Positions 1 through 13,033 of a DNA stretch of 64,000 bases are shown piece by piece. The stretch lies in the NCBI RefSeq assembly GCF_009914755.1, contig NC_060946.1; one strand, given 5' to 3'. The stretch is from the human T2T-CHM13v2.0 reference genome, Homo sapiens. Below the pieces are notes generated by a model. That model made no database searches. It saw nothing but the letters and a program-made list of their open reading frames with translations, and had not been told where the DNA came from. Within the stretch, counting starts at the first letter, position 1. Each line of letters starts with the position of its first letter. The position numbers were made by a program, and so were the translations under genes.

Positions 1-199
1 AAGCAATTCTCCTGCCTCAGCCTCCTGAGTAGCTGGGACTATAGGCATGTGCCACCACACCCGGCTAATTTTTGTATTTTTAGTAGAGACAGGGTTTCAG
101 CATGTTGGCCAGGATGGTCTCGATCTCCTGACCTCATGATCCGCCCGCCTCGGCCTCCCAAAGTGCTGGGATTACAGGCATGAGCCACTGCGCTTGGCC
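1..199 (-). mobile_element. Alu (AluS-type), cut by the window edge
   Basis: Reverse-complement Alu consensus ending ...tgagccactgcgcttggcc. Confidence 0.93.
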
Positions 200-1908
200 T
201 GTTTAGGATTCTTGAAGCAAATCCCATTTCTGTTCAGGAGCCGCAAAGTAAATTTCGAGAGGAGCTCCGCTTCCTGCCTGGCAAAGGACCTATGGGGAAA
301 GTTCTGGAAGACCAGGAAGGCTGGCCTCACCACTTCCCCATGCTCATGAAAGCATTTTGTGAGCTCCCTGAGACATGTTCCGGGATCCGAAGCCCCCCTG
401 GGGAAGTGTGCTGCGTCTTGGGCCTTGTCCACAGGAGCGTGAGTGGGACGTTTGAAATTTCCTAAACTGATGACCAGGCTTCACGCCGCTCAAGTCCGCC
501 ACAGCCTGCAGAGGCCACCCCCAGGCAGGGCCCATCCATCTGTGCCCACGCAAGCTCCTGTGCTGGATGAAGCTGCCCCGTGACTCAGGTTCTGACTCAG
601 CGCCAGCTAGGTGGGCATAGGCCATGCTGGCCAGGGTACTCTTCCTGGAGGTGTGGGTGCCCCGGGAGTGTGGGCATGGCCCCAGGGGGCAGCTCTGGGC
701 AGCATGGCTTTCCTGGGCACCTACTTGGACTCTTGTGGCCTGGGAGGCAGGAAGCGTTTCTCCCTGTTTTGCAGGTGAGAAGGTGGATGCTGGAAAAGTC
801 CATGCCTTGCTCAAGGCCACACGGTTGCCAGGTGGGTTTGAACGAGGTTTATCTGACTCCAGGGCCCTTGCTCTGACCCAGTCCATCCTGCCGCTCCCCA
901 GACGTCTGCAGGGCGGGTGAACCTCTCTAGGAAGAGGGTTGAGATGGCCGTGCTGTGTGTGCAGACCCTGCCTGGCTCAGACAGGCTCTGTCCTTAGTTA
1001 CGTGACCTTGAATGAACGGTGTCACCACCCCCAGCCTCTCCCAGAAAAAGGGGCAGGAGCTGTTACCCACTTTGGTGGTGGTGGGAGGCAGGTGAGTAGG
1101 GAGCCAAGCCTATAAAACTGAGTCAGCTCAGCCCTGTGCAGGTGCCGGTGTCCGTCCCCTGCCTTCTGAGGGCCAGTGCGTGCTGCTTCCCTGGGCCCTG
1201 CGGAGGCCCCTGCACTGTCAACGGGGATGATGTCCCCTCCTCATGCAAAACAGCTCTCCCAGGGTAGGCCCTGATGGGCCACGCACACTGGCCACATCCT
1301 GCTCTGATCTGCGTCTTCTGGGACAGCTCAGTGTGGCCATCTTGGACCTGGTGGTCCACCAGGTCCTGCAGCCGGAGCCTGTCCCTCCCCACCCCGCCTT
1401 GGGGCACTCTGCTTTGCAGCAGCCTTGCTGTGGTGTCTCTCCCTTCCCGCTGGCAGACAGCAGTGTTTCGGGCACACAAAGGATTCATCTGTAGGGTTCT
1501 TATTTCCCCATGAAACTCGGTGCTTGACAGACAGGAGTGGCATCTCTGTGCAGCCATAGACAAAAGTGAGAGCGTCCTCCCCGCCCCCACACAGCAGACC
1601 CCGCCCTGGACTCCTGGGGTGACGCTCAGCAGACCGGGGCTTAAATTCGGCTTCACAGCTCATGAGCAGTCACACTCCGTGTAGATTTGTATTCAGGGAA
1701 GGCTTTGGGGAAAAGTAATAAAAAATCGGGGGAGGGAGCAGCTCAACACGCCCAAGTAAGATTTCTCATTAGTTTGAAAGATGGACAAGGAACCTGCTCT
1801 TTAATGAAGAAAATGGATTGTGCCCTGACTAAGTAGTCTGGAACTTGGAGACGGCGCTGCGGCTCTGGTTCTGACCTTCACAGACGTCTCAGAATACACC
1901 CAGCTTCA

Positions 1909-2268
<360 letters not shown>

Positions 2269-3184
2269 TTCTCATCAGGCCAAGCCCCTGGCCCTCCCAG
2301 GCTCACCAAAGCCTGAGAGGAGGAGAGGATGCTGGTTGGAGGGGCCGTGTCTGCTCTAGGGCTGCGGCATTGGGCTGTGACTCTGTTTCTCCAGGCCTCA
2401 GTGTCACTGTTGGCTGGTGATTGCCTTCCCACTGCAGAGCAGCTCCAGGATGCTCAGTGAGAGCCGGGCAAGCTCCCCCTGCAGCATCTTGCCTTCCTGC
2501 CCTGGCGACACCTCACCTGGTCATCTGGTGAGAGAGGCTGTCTGCTCAGCGGAGTCACTGACTGAGCCCAGGGGCCTGGCTTTCCACACTCAGCGAGGCT
2601 TCAGGCCAGGGGTGGATGCAGTCACTGCAGATGGGCCCAGGCACCCCCTGCTCAGGCTTCACCTGCAGTTTTAACTGGAGGTGATGAGTGTCTCTACATG
2701 GGCCCCATAGAGTTGGACCATGTTGAATGAGGCCTGTGTAATCCAGCTCTGGGATGGGCCGAGCCATTTCTCAGCCCAGATGCAACTTCTTCCTGGAGAA
2801 AGACCTTGAAACACCTAATAAACAAGGTCCAAACACAGGAAATACAGCTCAGATCCTTCCACGCACAGCTTCTGCGGTGACACCAGCCACATAAAAATGA
2901 TAAAGGCCATTTATCCTCTGTCTTTGGAACATAAAAGCAGGTTCTTAGGACTGCAGCTATAATATGTTAATGGAATTTCTGTTCGGGAGCTGGCAACAGC
3001 ACCCTGCCTTCCAGAAGCAAGGCCTCCGGGGACAGCCTGTAGCTCTCATTAAAGAAGATTCCACATGCTCTTAGATTAATGGCCAGCTTTAACAGCTGTG
3101 GGGCCTCTTCCTCCCCTGGGCTCTGAGTGTGATGGTGTGATGGTGGCCCTGGTCGCCTCCTGAGGCCTCTTGCCTTGACTGTTT

Positions 3185-3497
3185 CTTTTCTTTTTTTTTT
3201 TTTTTTTTTTTTTTGAAGATGGAGTCTCGCTCTGTGGCCCAGGCTGGAGTGCAGTGGCAAGATCTCGGTTCACTATAACCTCCACCTCCCAGATTCAAGC
3301 AATTCTCCTCCCTCACCCTCCCTAGTAGCTAGGATTAGAGGCGAGCACCACCACGCCTGGCTAATTTTTGTACTTTTAGTAGAGATGGGGTTTCATCATG
3401 ATGGCCAGGCTGGTCTTGAACTCCTAAACTCAAGTAATCTGCCGGCCTAGGCCTCCCAAAGTGCTGGGATTACAGGCATGAGCCACTGCGCCTGACC
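3185..3497 (-). mobile_element. AluS
   Basis: Poly-T then full Alu; TSD ccttgactgttt. Confidence 0.92.
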
Positions 3498-3792
3498 GCC
3501 CTTGACTGTTTTATTACCACTCATTGCCACTTGTAGGCTGAGGCTCAAAGTTCAAATCCAGAGAACTTTGCCTCCTAAATGTCTCTGCTGACAAGATCAC
3601 TGTCCTGAGTCGGCCCTCGCCCCCACGGGTCCCCCCTCACCCTACCCTCCGCCCCACACCCCGGATCCATGTTCAGTGTGAATGAGTCCAGCCCCAGCCA
3701 CTCACCTTTGGTGGCCCCAGAGCTTTCCGAAGGAGGCTCCTGCTCCTTCACACCGGCCGCCCCCACCCGCTCTTTCCAGCTTCTCTCAAAAG

Positions 3793-5041
3793 GGGATTTG
3801 GATCCTAATCCTGAAAGACACAATTCCAAATGCCATAATCCTGAATGTCAAAATCCCAAAAGGTCAAAATCCCTGAAGATCAAAATCCCTAAAGTCTAAA
3901 TCCCGATTGTCTAAAATCCTTAAATTCTAAAATCCCGAAAATCACAGTCACAGGCTATTGCATCGTGTTAGGCAGAACTATGACCTTGCTATTGTCTTTA
4001 TTTGGAAATTAAGTGTGGCTTCAGGACATGCGTACGGGTGCCAGGTTGACAAGGGTAGATTTGTGGATGAATTTTAGGCGTCCTCTTGCCCGGAGGAAGG
4101 ACCGGGTGAAGGACTGTGTTGGGTGTGTTTGTGAGGGGTCTCCAGGGGAGACCCGTGTGTGGGTCTGAGTAGGCTGGGTGGAATGCTCTGTCCTCAGTGT
4201 TGGCGGGCACCATCCAAGCAGCCAGCGGGTGGGAGAGAACAAATGCCGAAGGCGAATCTCCGAGAGCCGGGACAGCCTTTCCTTCTGCTGCCTTCGACAT
4301 CAGAATGCCAGGCTCTTAACCTTTAGACTCCAGGACTTAACCAGCATCCCCCCGCCCCGGGGCCTTGAGGCTTTTGGCCTCAGCCTGAGATATAGATCAT
4401 CGGCTTTCCTGGTTTTCAACACAGAAACATTGAATCCTCCTCAATAGATGAAGAAATGTCCTTTATGTACATCTGCATTTGTGAAATAAAATCTTTCGAG
4501 ATCTCAGCTATTTGGGTGCCTGCACACGCCGTGACGACCCATTGTGGCTTTTGGTCAATTTCATCAAAAGGCTTAGGTTGTCCGTCATGTAATATTTCAG
4601 ATGACCACAGTTATGAAGCTGAGTGCACACACTCCCTTGGTGATGTGCGTGTACCTTGTCCCTTTTTGACTCACTTTATGAATACGGTTTGTCTGCTTAT
4701 AATTGTTATACTCGGTGATGTGCATGTATACTTTCCCTATTTCTTTATGAATAAGCTTTGCCTGCTCATAATTTTTGCACCTCGGTGACCATCATTAGCA
4801 TACCTGGGTGTTTCTGCTTGCAAAAATATGTATGGTGTTATTGCCTGTTTTATGGTGTAAACTGGCCTGTGAAGTGTTCTGTTGTGCTTTTATATGTTTC
4901 TTAAATAAATCTTTTAAAATTGTAAATAAACATCTTTTAAAGACTTTTAAATTATTTTTTCCAGAAGTGATAGCTTTGGGATTTCAACATTCAGGATGAA
5001 GGTGTCCAGAATTAAGTCTTTTGGGATGATAACTGGCTCCC
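3793..5041 (+). mobile_element. Ricksha-type non-autonomous MULE/MuDR DNA transposon carrying an internal MLT2B/ERVL-like LTR segment
   Basis: Left end gggatttggatcctaatcctgaaagacacaattcc... with AAATCCC subrepeats; inverted counterpart gggatttcaacattcagga...tcttttgggatgat at 4978-5041; MLT2-like sequence at about 4060-4400. Confidence 0.8.
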
Positions 5042-5695
5042 CTCTAAATGCCATGCTGGCTACAGCTCTGGGTCTCATGCTGTCCTCCACCCCACACCCC
5101 GGCGGCCCGAATGTCCTTCCCCTCCCAACCTCCTGTGTTTTGCCAAATAATTCCTATGAGTCTTAGAAGGACTTCTAATTTTTAAGATGCTCCAGTGGCA
5201 TTGCCTTCTGCAGGAAGCCCTCCCCGAGCTGCAAAACCCTCTCCGCTCTCACTGCACTAGGTAATGCCACCGCCTGTCTGGGACTTGTCTGTCCCCAGTG
5301 TCCCATCTCCTCCAGAACACTAGCTCTGTCCCAAATTGCAGCCCATGAGATTGCCCGAATCTGCCGCTCCCGGGAACCCTGCTGTAGATCAGAAACTTCC
5401 ACTCAGATGGAGCCCCCAAAACAGAGGAGAAGCTTGCCCAGAACCAGCAGGGTCCTGAAGCTGGATCCTGAAGGAAGGCGGCCAGCCTCCGGGCACCCAG
5501 GTTACATGCCCCTCAGCTGCCAGCACCCGCTCTGCTCTCTCTCTCCTTGGAGAACAGGTGCCCTGCCCTGAGGGCATGGAGGTGCCACCTGGGATTTCTG
5601 CTCCGGGGCAAAGAGCTCTGAGGCCAAAGCTGCTCAGCCAGCTGCCTTTTCTCCCAGATTCTGCTCAGGCACAGCTGCCCTCACCGTGTCTTTGG

Positions 5696-6133
5696 TGAAA
5701 GTTGTCAGGGTAAAAATGGAGTCACTTGTGTTTAAAACCCTGACAAACAGAGCCAGAGAAGGCTACAAAGGGAGGGTTCTCGTGCATGAATGCCTGATAC
5801 CAAGAACTATCATAAAAGTCTCTTTAAAAACCACCACTTTGCACAAAGGCCATTGCAACCTTACACAGAAAACCGCTCCTGGAGGACATCGGCCCAGCAG
5901 CTGCCTGTCCAGCCTTGGATTGGTGCCACCCTTGTTCCTGATTCTAGCAGCCAAGGATACTTATCTTAAAATGATGACCTAATCCTCTTCATTTTCCTTT
6001 AAAAACCTTTGCCTTCCTTGACCTCCCTGGACGCACATGCAGTTTACCACGGCACACATATTTCCACGTAGCGCCCGTTCCCAAATGAACCTCATTTTTT
6101 GTAGAAAGCCTCTTCCAGTTTGTTAGGTTGACA
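5696..6133 (+). mobile_element. ERV1 solo LTR, MER39/MER34-like
   Basis: Starts TGAAAGTTGTCAG..AAAATGGAGTCACTTGTG and ends GGTTGACA. Confidence 0.75.
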
Positions 6134-6920
6134 CGTCACATCCACGGCAGGGAGCCATGCAGCTCTTAGGGTCCCCGTGCTCTCAGCTCACTCACTGCAG
6201 ACTCGCAACATTTTACTTTTCATTGCATGTTCTCACTGGGAGGACCTGGGGTGGACCCCAGTGGCGTCAGGATTGGATCCATCTGGAAATCCCTCAGGTG
6301 CTTGGACAAGTGGGTCCCCGATTCTAGGAGCCTAAGAAGAGGACCTGGCAAGGACCCAGATGGTCCTCGTCAAGATGAGGACGGGGCCGCCTGTGCCTTG
6401 AAACCTGCCTGGCAAGAAGTGTCCCTGCTCGTCAGGGGGTGGGGGGAGCGGGGCGAGGGTGGGAAATGTCTTGCTAGGAGAGAGTTTTTTATTCTTTAAC
6501 TTATATAAGCTGTGGCCACAGTGCGCTCCTTCGAGACGCAGTGTTCCCTGTGCCCATACTGCAGGAGCCTCAGAAGGACAATAAACTTCCTGCTCATTCT
6601 GGAACAGGCTGGTTTCCATCGTGTCTTCCTCATTACCCCATAGCCTCAAGGGCCCAGCAAGGCTCTGTGTGCAGCAGAAAAGGTGCTTACAGCCCCCGCC
6701 TTACAGGCTCAGGGGGCATCCAGGCTCAGGTGTTATGGGTGGCATCGGGCTGCCCAGCCTGCTTCTTTCCAGACCCTGGTATTGGCCTTGCTTATATGTT
6801 TTTACATTCCTTCCATTCCTCAGAAATGCTACTGGTGCGAATCAAACCTTTCTGTGAAGCAAGAAACAGAGGGATTTAGGATTCAAGCCTAGGTCAGGCA
6901 GGCTGAGCATAGCTTTGATA

Positions 6921-7333
6921 GCAGTGGAGGGGCTGGAAGTGGAGGTGATGGAGGTGGAGATGACAGCAGTGGGGATGATGGAAGTGGAGGTGACAGCAGT
7001 GGAGGTGATGGAAATGGAGGGGACAGTGGTGGTGACAGCAGTGGAGGTGACGGAGGTGGAGGTGACAGTGGTGGAGGTCACAGCAGTGGAGGGGTTGGAA
7101 GTGGAGGTGACAGGGTGGGGGTGATAGCAGTGGAGGTGACAGTGGTGGGGGTGATGGAAGTGGAGGTGACAGTGGTGGGGGTGATGGAAGTGGAGGGGAC
7201 AGCAGTGGGGATGATGGAAGTGGAGGTGACAGTGGTGGAGGTGATGGAAGTGGAGGTGACAGTGGTGGAGGTGATGGAAGTGGAGGTGAGAGTAGTGGTT
7301 GTGAAGAAAGTGGAGGTGATGGAAGTGGAGGTG
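6921..7333 (+). repeat. Purine-rich minisatellite (15/30-bp units, e.g. GGAAGTGGAGGTGACAGTGGTGGAGGTGAT)
   Basis: Directly visible tandem units; these give the VEVMEVE/TSTSIT/PPLPS ORFs. Confidence 0.95.
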
Positions 7334-10003
7334 TTGAAGTCAAGCATATGATGTTAGAAGCAGCTGCAGTGCAAAGAGGGCACATGGTGGTGCCTCCTCA
7401 TGGGTCTGAGATGGGATTCACGGGGATGACATGCCCAGCCTAGCACCTGGCACAGGCAAGTGCCCGGTCAGTGCCCACTGGCTGCTGCTCTGAGCCTCCC
7501 TTTTTCCAGCCACATGCTGGGTGCAGAGGATGCAGAAGGGGATGAACCTGGCTTCCTTCCCTGAAGACTCTCCCCAGCTGAGGATGGAAGCTCTCAGGGT
7601 TTGTTGGATGGGAAGGAGCAAATCCCTCTCGAGCCCGTTTAAATAAGGTGAGTTTGAATCAGGCTCTAGGGGGATCTCCCAACACTTAATTGCAGTTAGG
7701 GAGGGTCTCTCCTGGTCCCTTTCTGTCTGCCAGCTCCATCCTCCACACTACAGGCAGGCTTCCCTGACAAGGCCCTTTTGGCTGTCCCATAGCTTTGTCG
7801 TGTGTGGGGCCCTACAGCTTCTCTTACCTCCGCCTCTGCAACTCCCAAGCCCAGCACTGCCTGCCTGACACTCAGCTGCTCCGATTTCCCAGGACAGGAG
7901 TCCAATTAGTCCTGGTCTGATCAGTGGTGGACAGGGGGCGGTCTCCTGGAGGGAGGGAGCACACCCTTGTCACTGGCTGTAGAACAAAGTCTCTTTGGAA
8001 GGTGCCCATGTGCGTCTCTATCACAGATGAAAAGCTGTATAAGCTATTCACCCACTGCAGCGGGAGCCCAGAGGAGGGGGGAGAGGCCCTGCTTGGGGTG
8101 ATCCCAGGAGATTTCACAGAAGAGGAAGATTCAGCCCCAGGCTGCAGGCTTCTGAAGGCTGGGCTAGGTCTTGTGTGAATCCCCAGCACCTGGGGCCTGG
8201 CCCAGGGGAGATGATGAATGAATGAATGAGTGAGTGAATGAATGACAGTCAAAACATGAATGGGCTTGGCTGTGAGGCCGGCATTGGAGGTGGGCAGGGA
8301 CAGGCAGGACCAGTGCAGGACACCCCGCAGAGTGTCGGGCTGAGCTAGTATGCGGCACCCAGGGAGGCCTTGTGACCTTCGACCCAGCAATTCCACCTTT
8401 AGGAGGGTATTCCGCGGAATGACTATTTACTACGGCGCGGAAGCAGACTGACGTTCCATCAAAAAGGGATCCAGACACTCTGCACCGGGGAGCATTCACA
8501 CAGTGGAATTCCAGGAAGCCTTTAGAGAGAATCAAGTCCATCTGATAAAAGAAGGTCTGCAAGCTGCTTGGCTAAACAGCAGGTACAGGATCAGCTGTGT
8601 AAAACACAAATCGGGAATGGGATGGGGCGGGGCGGGTGGGCTGGGTCCTTCCCTGCGTGCAGAAGGGACAGCCATGGCTGTCTGAGGGGAAGAGGTGGGG
8701 CTGGAGATGGAGACCAACTTATCATCGAGCCTCCTGCTTTTGCCCTTTTTATTTCTGTCTCAGTTTTAAAAGTATGACTAAAAATAGAAAATAATAACAC
8801 GAAACTTATTTAGCACCTTTCCAGCGGAAGGAGCAAGCTGCTTGCTAAAAATGTGATCAATCTTTCAAAAGTGTTCCCCAAACATAGAGGAAGGAGGACC
8901 CTGGTTTAGAGCAGGGCCGAGGCTGGCTCTGGGGGAGGTGAGGGGCTGGATCCACAGGTGGGAGGGCGGTCCTGGCTGATGCCACCGGAAGAGACTTGGG
9001 GCAGGGGCTGAGGGAGGGCAACAGACGGACCAGGCTGAGTCTGGGCCTGGGAGAGCCAGACAGGGTCATGGCCACAGGGGTTCAGCTGAGGCCTGGGTTC
9101 CCCAGTCCAGGGCACTGCAACAGAAATCATTGCAGGTTCACGCGGCAGCCAGAATATAGCAGCATAAAGGCTGTGAGTGCTGCAGTGTGTGGCATAGCCC
9201 TGGCTTACCTGGCTTGGTGCGAGACCCTTTCCACTGACTCTCACCGACACCTCTAAAGATCATGCGCCATGAGCACGGTGATGATCCCATCTTACAGACA
9301 AGGAAGCTCAGGTTCAAGCAAGTCCAGGTGATCCAGCCGGTAGTAGCAGAGGGTACAGTAGTAGACAGTCCCTGTCTGCGCTATTCTTCAGGGTGGCTGA
9401 GAGCCCCAGACTCACTGTGGATACCAGTGAGGCTTCTGGGGCCACAAGCCCTCACCGGCACCTCTGTGACTGAGCAGCGCAGAGCAGGCCGTCCCTGATG
9501 CCCACTCAGGCCTGCTTAGTGGGGTCTGTGTCCTGCTCAGCCTGAGCCTAAGGGAATGCCCTGTACACCTGGGAGGTGGTGGCGCTGTAGAAAGATGTAT
9601 TGTTTCCTCTAAAGGTGTCTTTGCCAGGGAGAGGCATGGGGCATTGTGCATTCGATTACTGCACGCCCTTGAGAAGGGAGGTGTCCAGAGGAAACAAGGA
9701 TGGAGGGGTGGCACTGGGTCTGGCTGTTCTCTCTGTATTTCTGTGAAATACTGACCCCGACCTGAGCTGGGCCCGCGGGAAGCATGGACATTTCCCCACC
9801 TGTCCGGTAGATGAGGTCACAGAAGTGGGCTTAGAAAGGGTGTAGCCGAGAGGCTGGGGGCTGCACTCCTCAGCTGGGCATTTAGGGGTGGGCTCAGCTG
9901 TTCAGAGACCACCCCTTCCCTGCTGTGGAAGAGGAGCAGTGCGTACACTGGCAGGACTGGATTCATTTCAAAGAACTTCGTAAATTCGTGACGTTTATTT
10001 AAT

Positions 10004-10303
10004 TTTGAGGCAGGGTCTTGCTCTGCTGCCCAGGCTGGACTGCAGTGGTGCGATCATGGCTCACTGCAGCTTTGAACTCCTGGACTCCAGCAGTTCTACC
10101 GCCCCAGCCTCCCAAATAGCTGGGACTACAGGTGAGCACTGTCACGACTGGCTAAATCTCTTATTTTTATTTTTAAAATTTTCTATAGAGATGGGGTTCT
10201 CACTCTGTTGCCCAGGCTTGTCTCACACTCCTGGTCTCATGTGATATTCTTGCCTCGGCCTCCCAAAGTGCGAGGATAATAGGAGTGAGCCACTGTGCCT
10301 GGC
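10004..10303 (-). mobile_element. AluJ
   Basis: Diverged reverse Alu dimer. Confidence 0.88.
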
Positions 10304-10377
10304 AGCTTTTTAGGATTTGAGGCCGACCATGTCCCTGACCAGAATTCATGATTTTTAATAAAAGTAGCTGCGAAGCA

Positions 10378-10446
10378 TGAGCCGCGATCGCGCCACTGCA
10401 CTCTAGCCTGGGTGACAGAGCAAGACTCCGTCTCAAAATAAAATAA
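10378..10446 (+). mobile_element. Severely 5'-truncated Alu (3' ~55 nt plus tail) with 21-bp TSD
   Basis: tgagccgcgatcgcgccactgcactc...ccgtctc(aaaat)n flanked by aataaaagtagctgc(g/a)aagca. Confidence 0.88.
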
Positions 10447-11939
10447 AATAAAAGTAGCTGCAAAGCAGTATAAACCTGAGTGCAGCTTATTCTTCAGGGC
10501 CTTTGCGAGTTTCTGTCCAAGCGCTGCGGGGCTGTCCCCTTCCTTCGGCTGTCCCCCCACCCCCCATCCCTGCCCCAGTGACGCTGCCACGTGCTTGAGC
10601 AGGAGCGGTCAACCTTCATACTCCTTTGCTGGGGGGGCTTGGTTGGATTGAATGTATTCAGTGAAGAGTTCTGGAGTTGCTACTGTGTTTTCGTACACCC
10701 TAAAACTGCCTGGTGTTTTATAAACCCAATCTCTTAATCCAAACCCAAACGGGGGTCACTGTCTCCATTTTACAGACGAGGAAGAAGAGGTGGCTTGCCC
10801 ACGGTCTCACAGCAGGCAGGGGCCCAGCTGGGACGCTGCCCCAGACCTGCCACTTCCTGGCCCTGGAGCAGTCTCAGCGGCAGCTCGCGAGGGGCCCGGA
10901 TGCTGGGGACACAGCTGGCTCTCTCCTCGCTCTGCCTTGTCTTGAGCTTGTCCCAAGTCTTGGGAGTCCCCGGGGCTGATACAGACAGTGATGGACCTGG
11001 TGGAGTCTTTCACGTCAGACCCTGGCACACCAGCCTCTCCATGCTCCCGACCCATGTCCTGGCGCTTCCTGCCCCCCCGCCAGGGCCCGTGCAGACCTCT
11101 ACTGCAGACCCCAGCCTGCCCTCCCGAGAGCCTCCCAACTCCTAGACAAAATAAGCAGGTTCAGATTCCAGGCCTGAAACTTCTAGCTGGGTGAACCTGG
11201 GAAAGTTTCTTCCCCACTCCGAGCCTCGGTTTCCTCACTTGTCGAATGTGGGTAACTCTCCTTGTTACTGTTCTGACTCCTGCAGTTCCCCCCTCTTGGC
11301 TGGAAATTAGAGCTGGGCAGCCACGGAGGCAGCCAAGGCCGACAACGGCCTGTGCCTCACCTGACTTCTGGCAGATGCGTGACCACCCTTCCGGTCCTCA
11401 GTTGTCACCAAGTCCTTCCCCTGCCTGATCCTACCAGATGCCAAGCCCTGAAGGTACCACATCCGCACCGCTGCTGCCACATCCCACCTCACTCTGGGCC
11501 CGTCCATCATGCCACCCCTGGCCCGGGGCCTCACCTGCGCTTTTGAATAAATGGATGTGAGTGAATGAATGTGATCATAGAGGCTGGCCTGGCTATCAGC
11601 CATGTTGGGGACTCTTCGTGGGTCTCTGGACTGACTTCAGGATTCAGAATCAGGCAGGGGCAGCGTCTTGGTGGGACAGCCTTGTTCAACAGTCAACTCA
11701 GTTTTCGCGCAGGGTCTTTCTAAAGGCCGTTGTCTAGGGCTGGAGGGCGGGGGAGGCCTCGGACAGCCGGAACTCAGGAATTGGAACTCAGGAGCTGGTA
11801 TTTCCTGGGTCTTCACTTTAAGGAAGATGTGAGCTGCTAGGAGCTGGGGACTGAGCTGGGCAGTGAGCTAGGAAGAAGGAAGGGACTTCCTGGAAGACAG
11901 ACAGACAAATACACGCACACACATGCACACACTGTCTTT

Positions 11940-12490
11940 TCTGTTTAATAGAGGTATATAATATGTGCAGCAAGCAGTGTGAAGTGCAAAGCGAACAAAT
12001 CTCAAATACACAGCCTGATTAACTTTTCCATATGCGCACACCCTTGTTCAAGATACGGAATAGCCTCCCAGAAAGAAGGCCTCCTCTTGCCCCTCCCAGT
12101 CAATCCCAGCCCCTTCCCCAGAGGTAGCCACGTTTTGGTCTCTCTCACCGTATACTAGTTTTGCCTATTCTTGAACTTTGTATGCAGCAAATCACACAAT
12201 GCAGCCTTTTGTGCCTGGCTTCTTTCACTCAGTGCAGTGTCTGCGAGAGTCAGCCGTGCCGTCATGTGGATCAATAGCTCATTTCTCTATCTCTGAGGAG
12301 CTCTTCATTGTGCGGGTGTAACACTGCTCACCCTTCCTCCTGTCGGTGGGCATCTGGCTTGTTTCCATTCTTTGTCGACTTTGAATACAGCTGCTCTGAG
12401 CATTCTTGCACTTGTCTTTGGTTGGATATGTGGACTCTTTTCTCTTAGGTAGACACCCAGTGGTGCAATTGCTAAGTTATAGGATAGGCC
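11940..12490 (-). mobile_element. Old L1M (L1ME/MC-like) 3' fragment
   Basis: ttttgcctattcttgaactt, ctggcttctttcactcag, ctgctctgagcattcttg motifs. Confidence 0.65.
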
Positions 12491-12504
12491 GGTCAGATTA
12501 ACCA

Positions 12505-12677
12505 TTGGTGCACTGGTTTAACCACCGGCTCTTTGAGGAGAATGTGGTGTTGACCAGCTTCCCTGGAGTAAAGAATCCTACCATGGCCAGTCTCGAGCTG
12601 CCGAGGCGAAGTCACTGCACCCAGGTAAATTCCATCGGACCCTGGAGTCCACATGAGCTGGCTCAAGAACACCTCTG
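12505..12677. mobile_element. MER63-like hAT MITE
   Basis: cattggtgcactggtttaaccaccggctct...cctaccatggcc...gagctggctcaagaacacctctg. Confidence 0.6.
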
Positions 12678-13033
12678 GGCAGCTTTTCCTTAGGAGCGTG
12701 TTCAAATAGAACAGGGCCTGGGAACAGGATTATTCCTCCAATAAATGAATGTGAGTGAGTGAATGGGATCACAGGGGCCGGCCTGGCTATCAGCCATGCT
12801 GTGGACCTCTTGGGGGCCTCTGGAATGACTTTAGGATTCAGAATCAGGCAGGGGCGGCATCTTGGCGGGACAGCCTTGGTCAACCGCAGAGATTGGGCTG
12901 TGTGGCGAAACATGGGTCCATTCTTGAGGGCACCCTTGATGCTTATATTTACTTGACAACGGTGTCATCCCAGCATACTCTCTGGGCTAAAGGGCAAGTG
13001 TCCACCTCTCACCAGCAGTAAAAGGGGACCGTG

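Noticed and set aside
6842-7385. Extensin-, mucin- or Val/Glu-rich ORFs
   Set aside because: They are translations of a triplet-phase minisatellite that is open in many frames on both strands, with no supporting gene structure.
10505-10540. REST/NRSE-like ctgtccaagcgctgc
   Set aside because: Half-site spacing and sequence deviate from the canonical CTGTCC-NN-GGTGCTGA.
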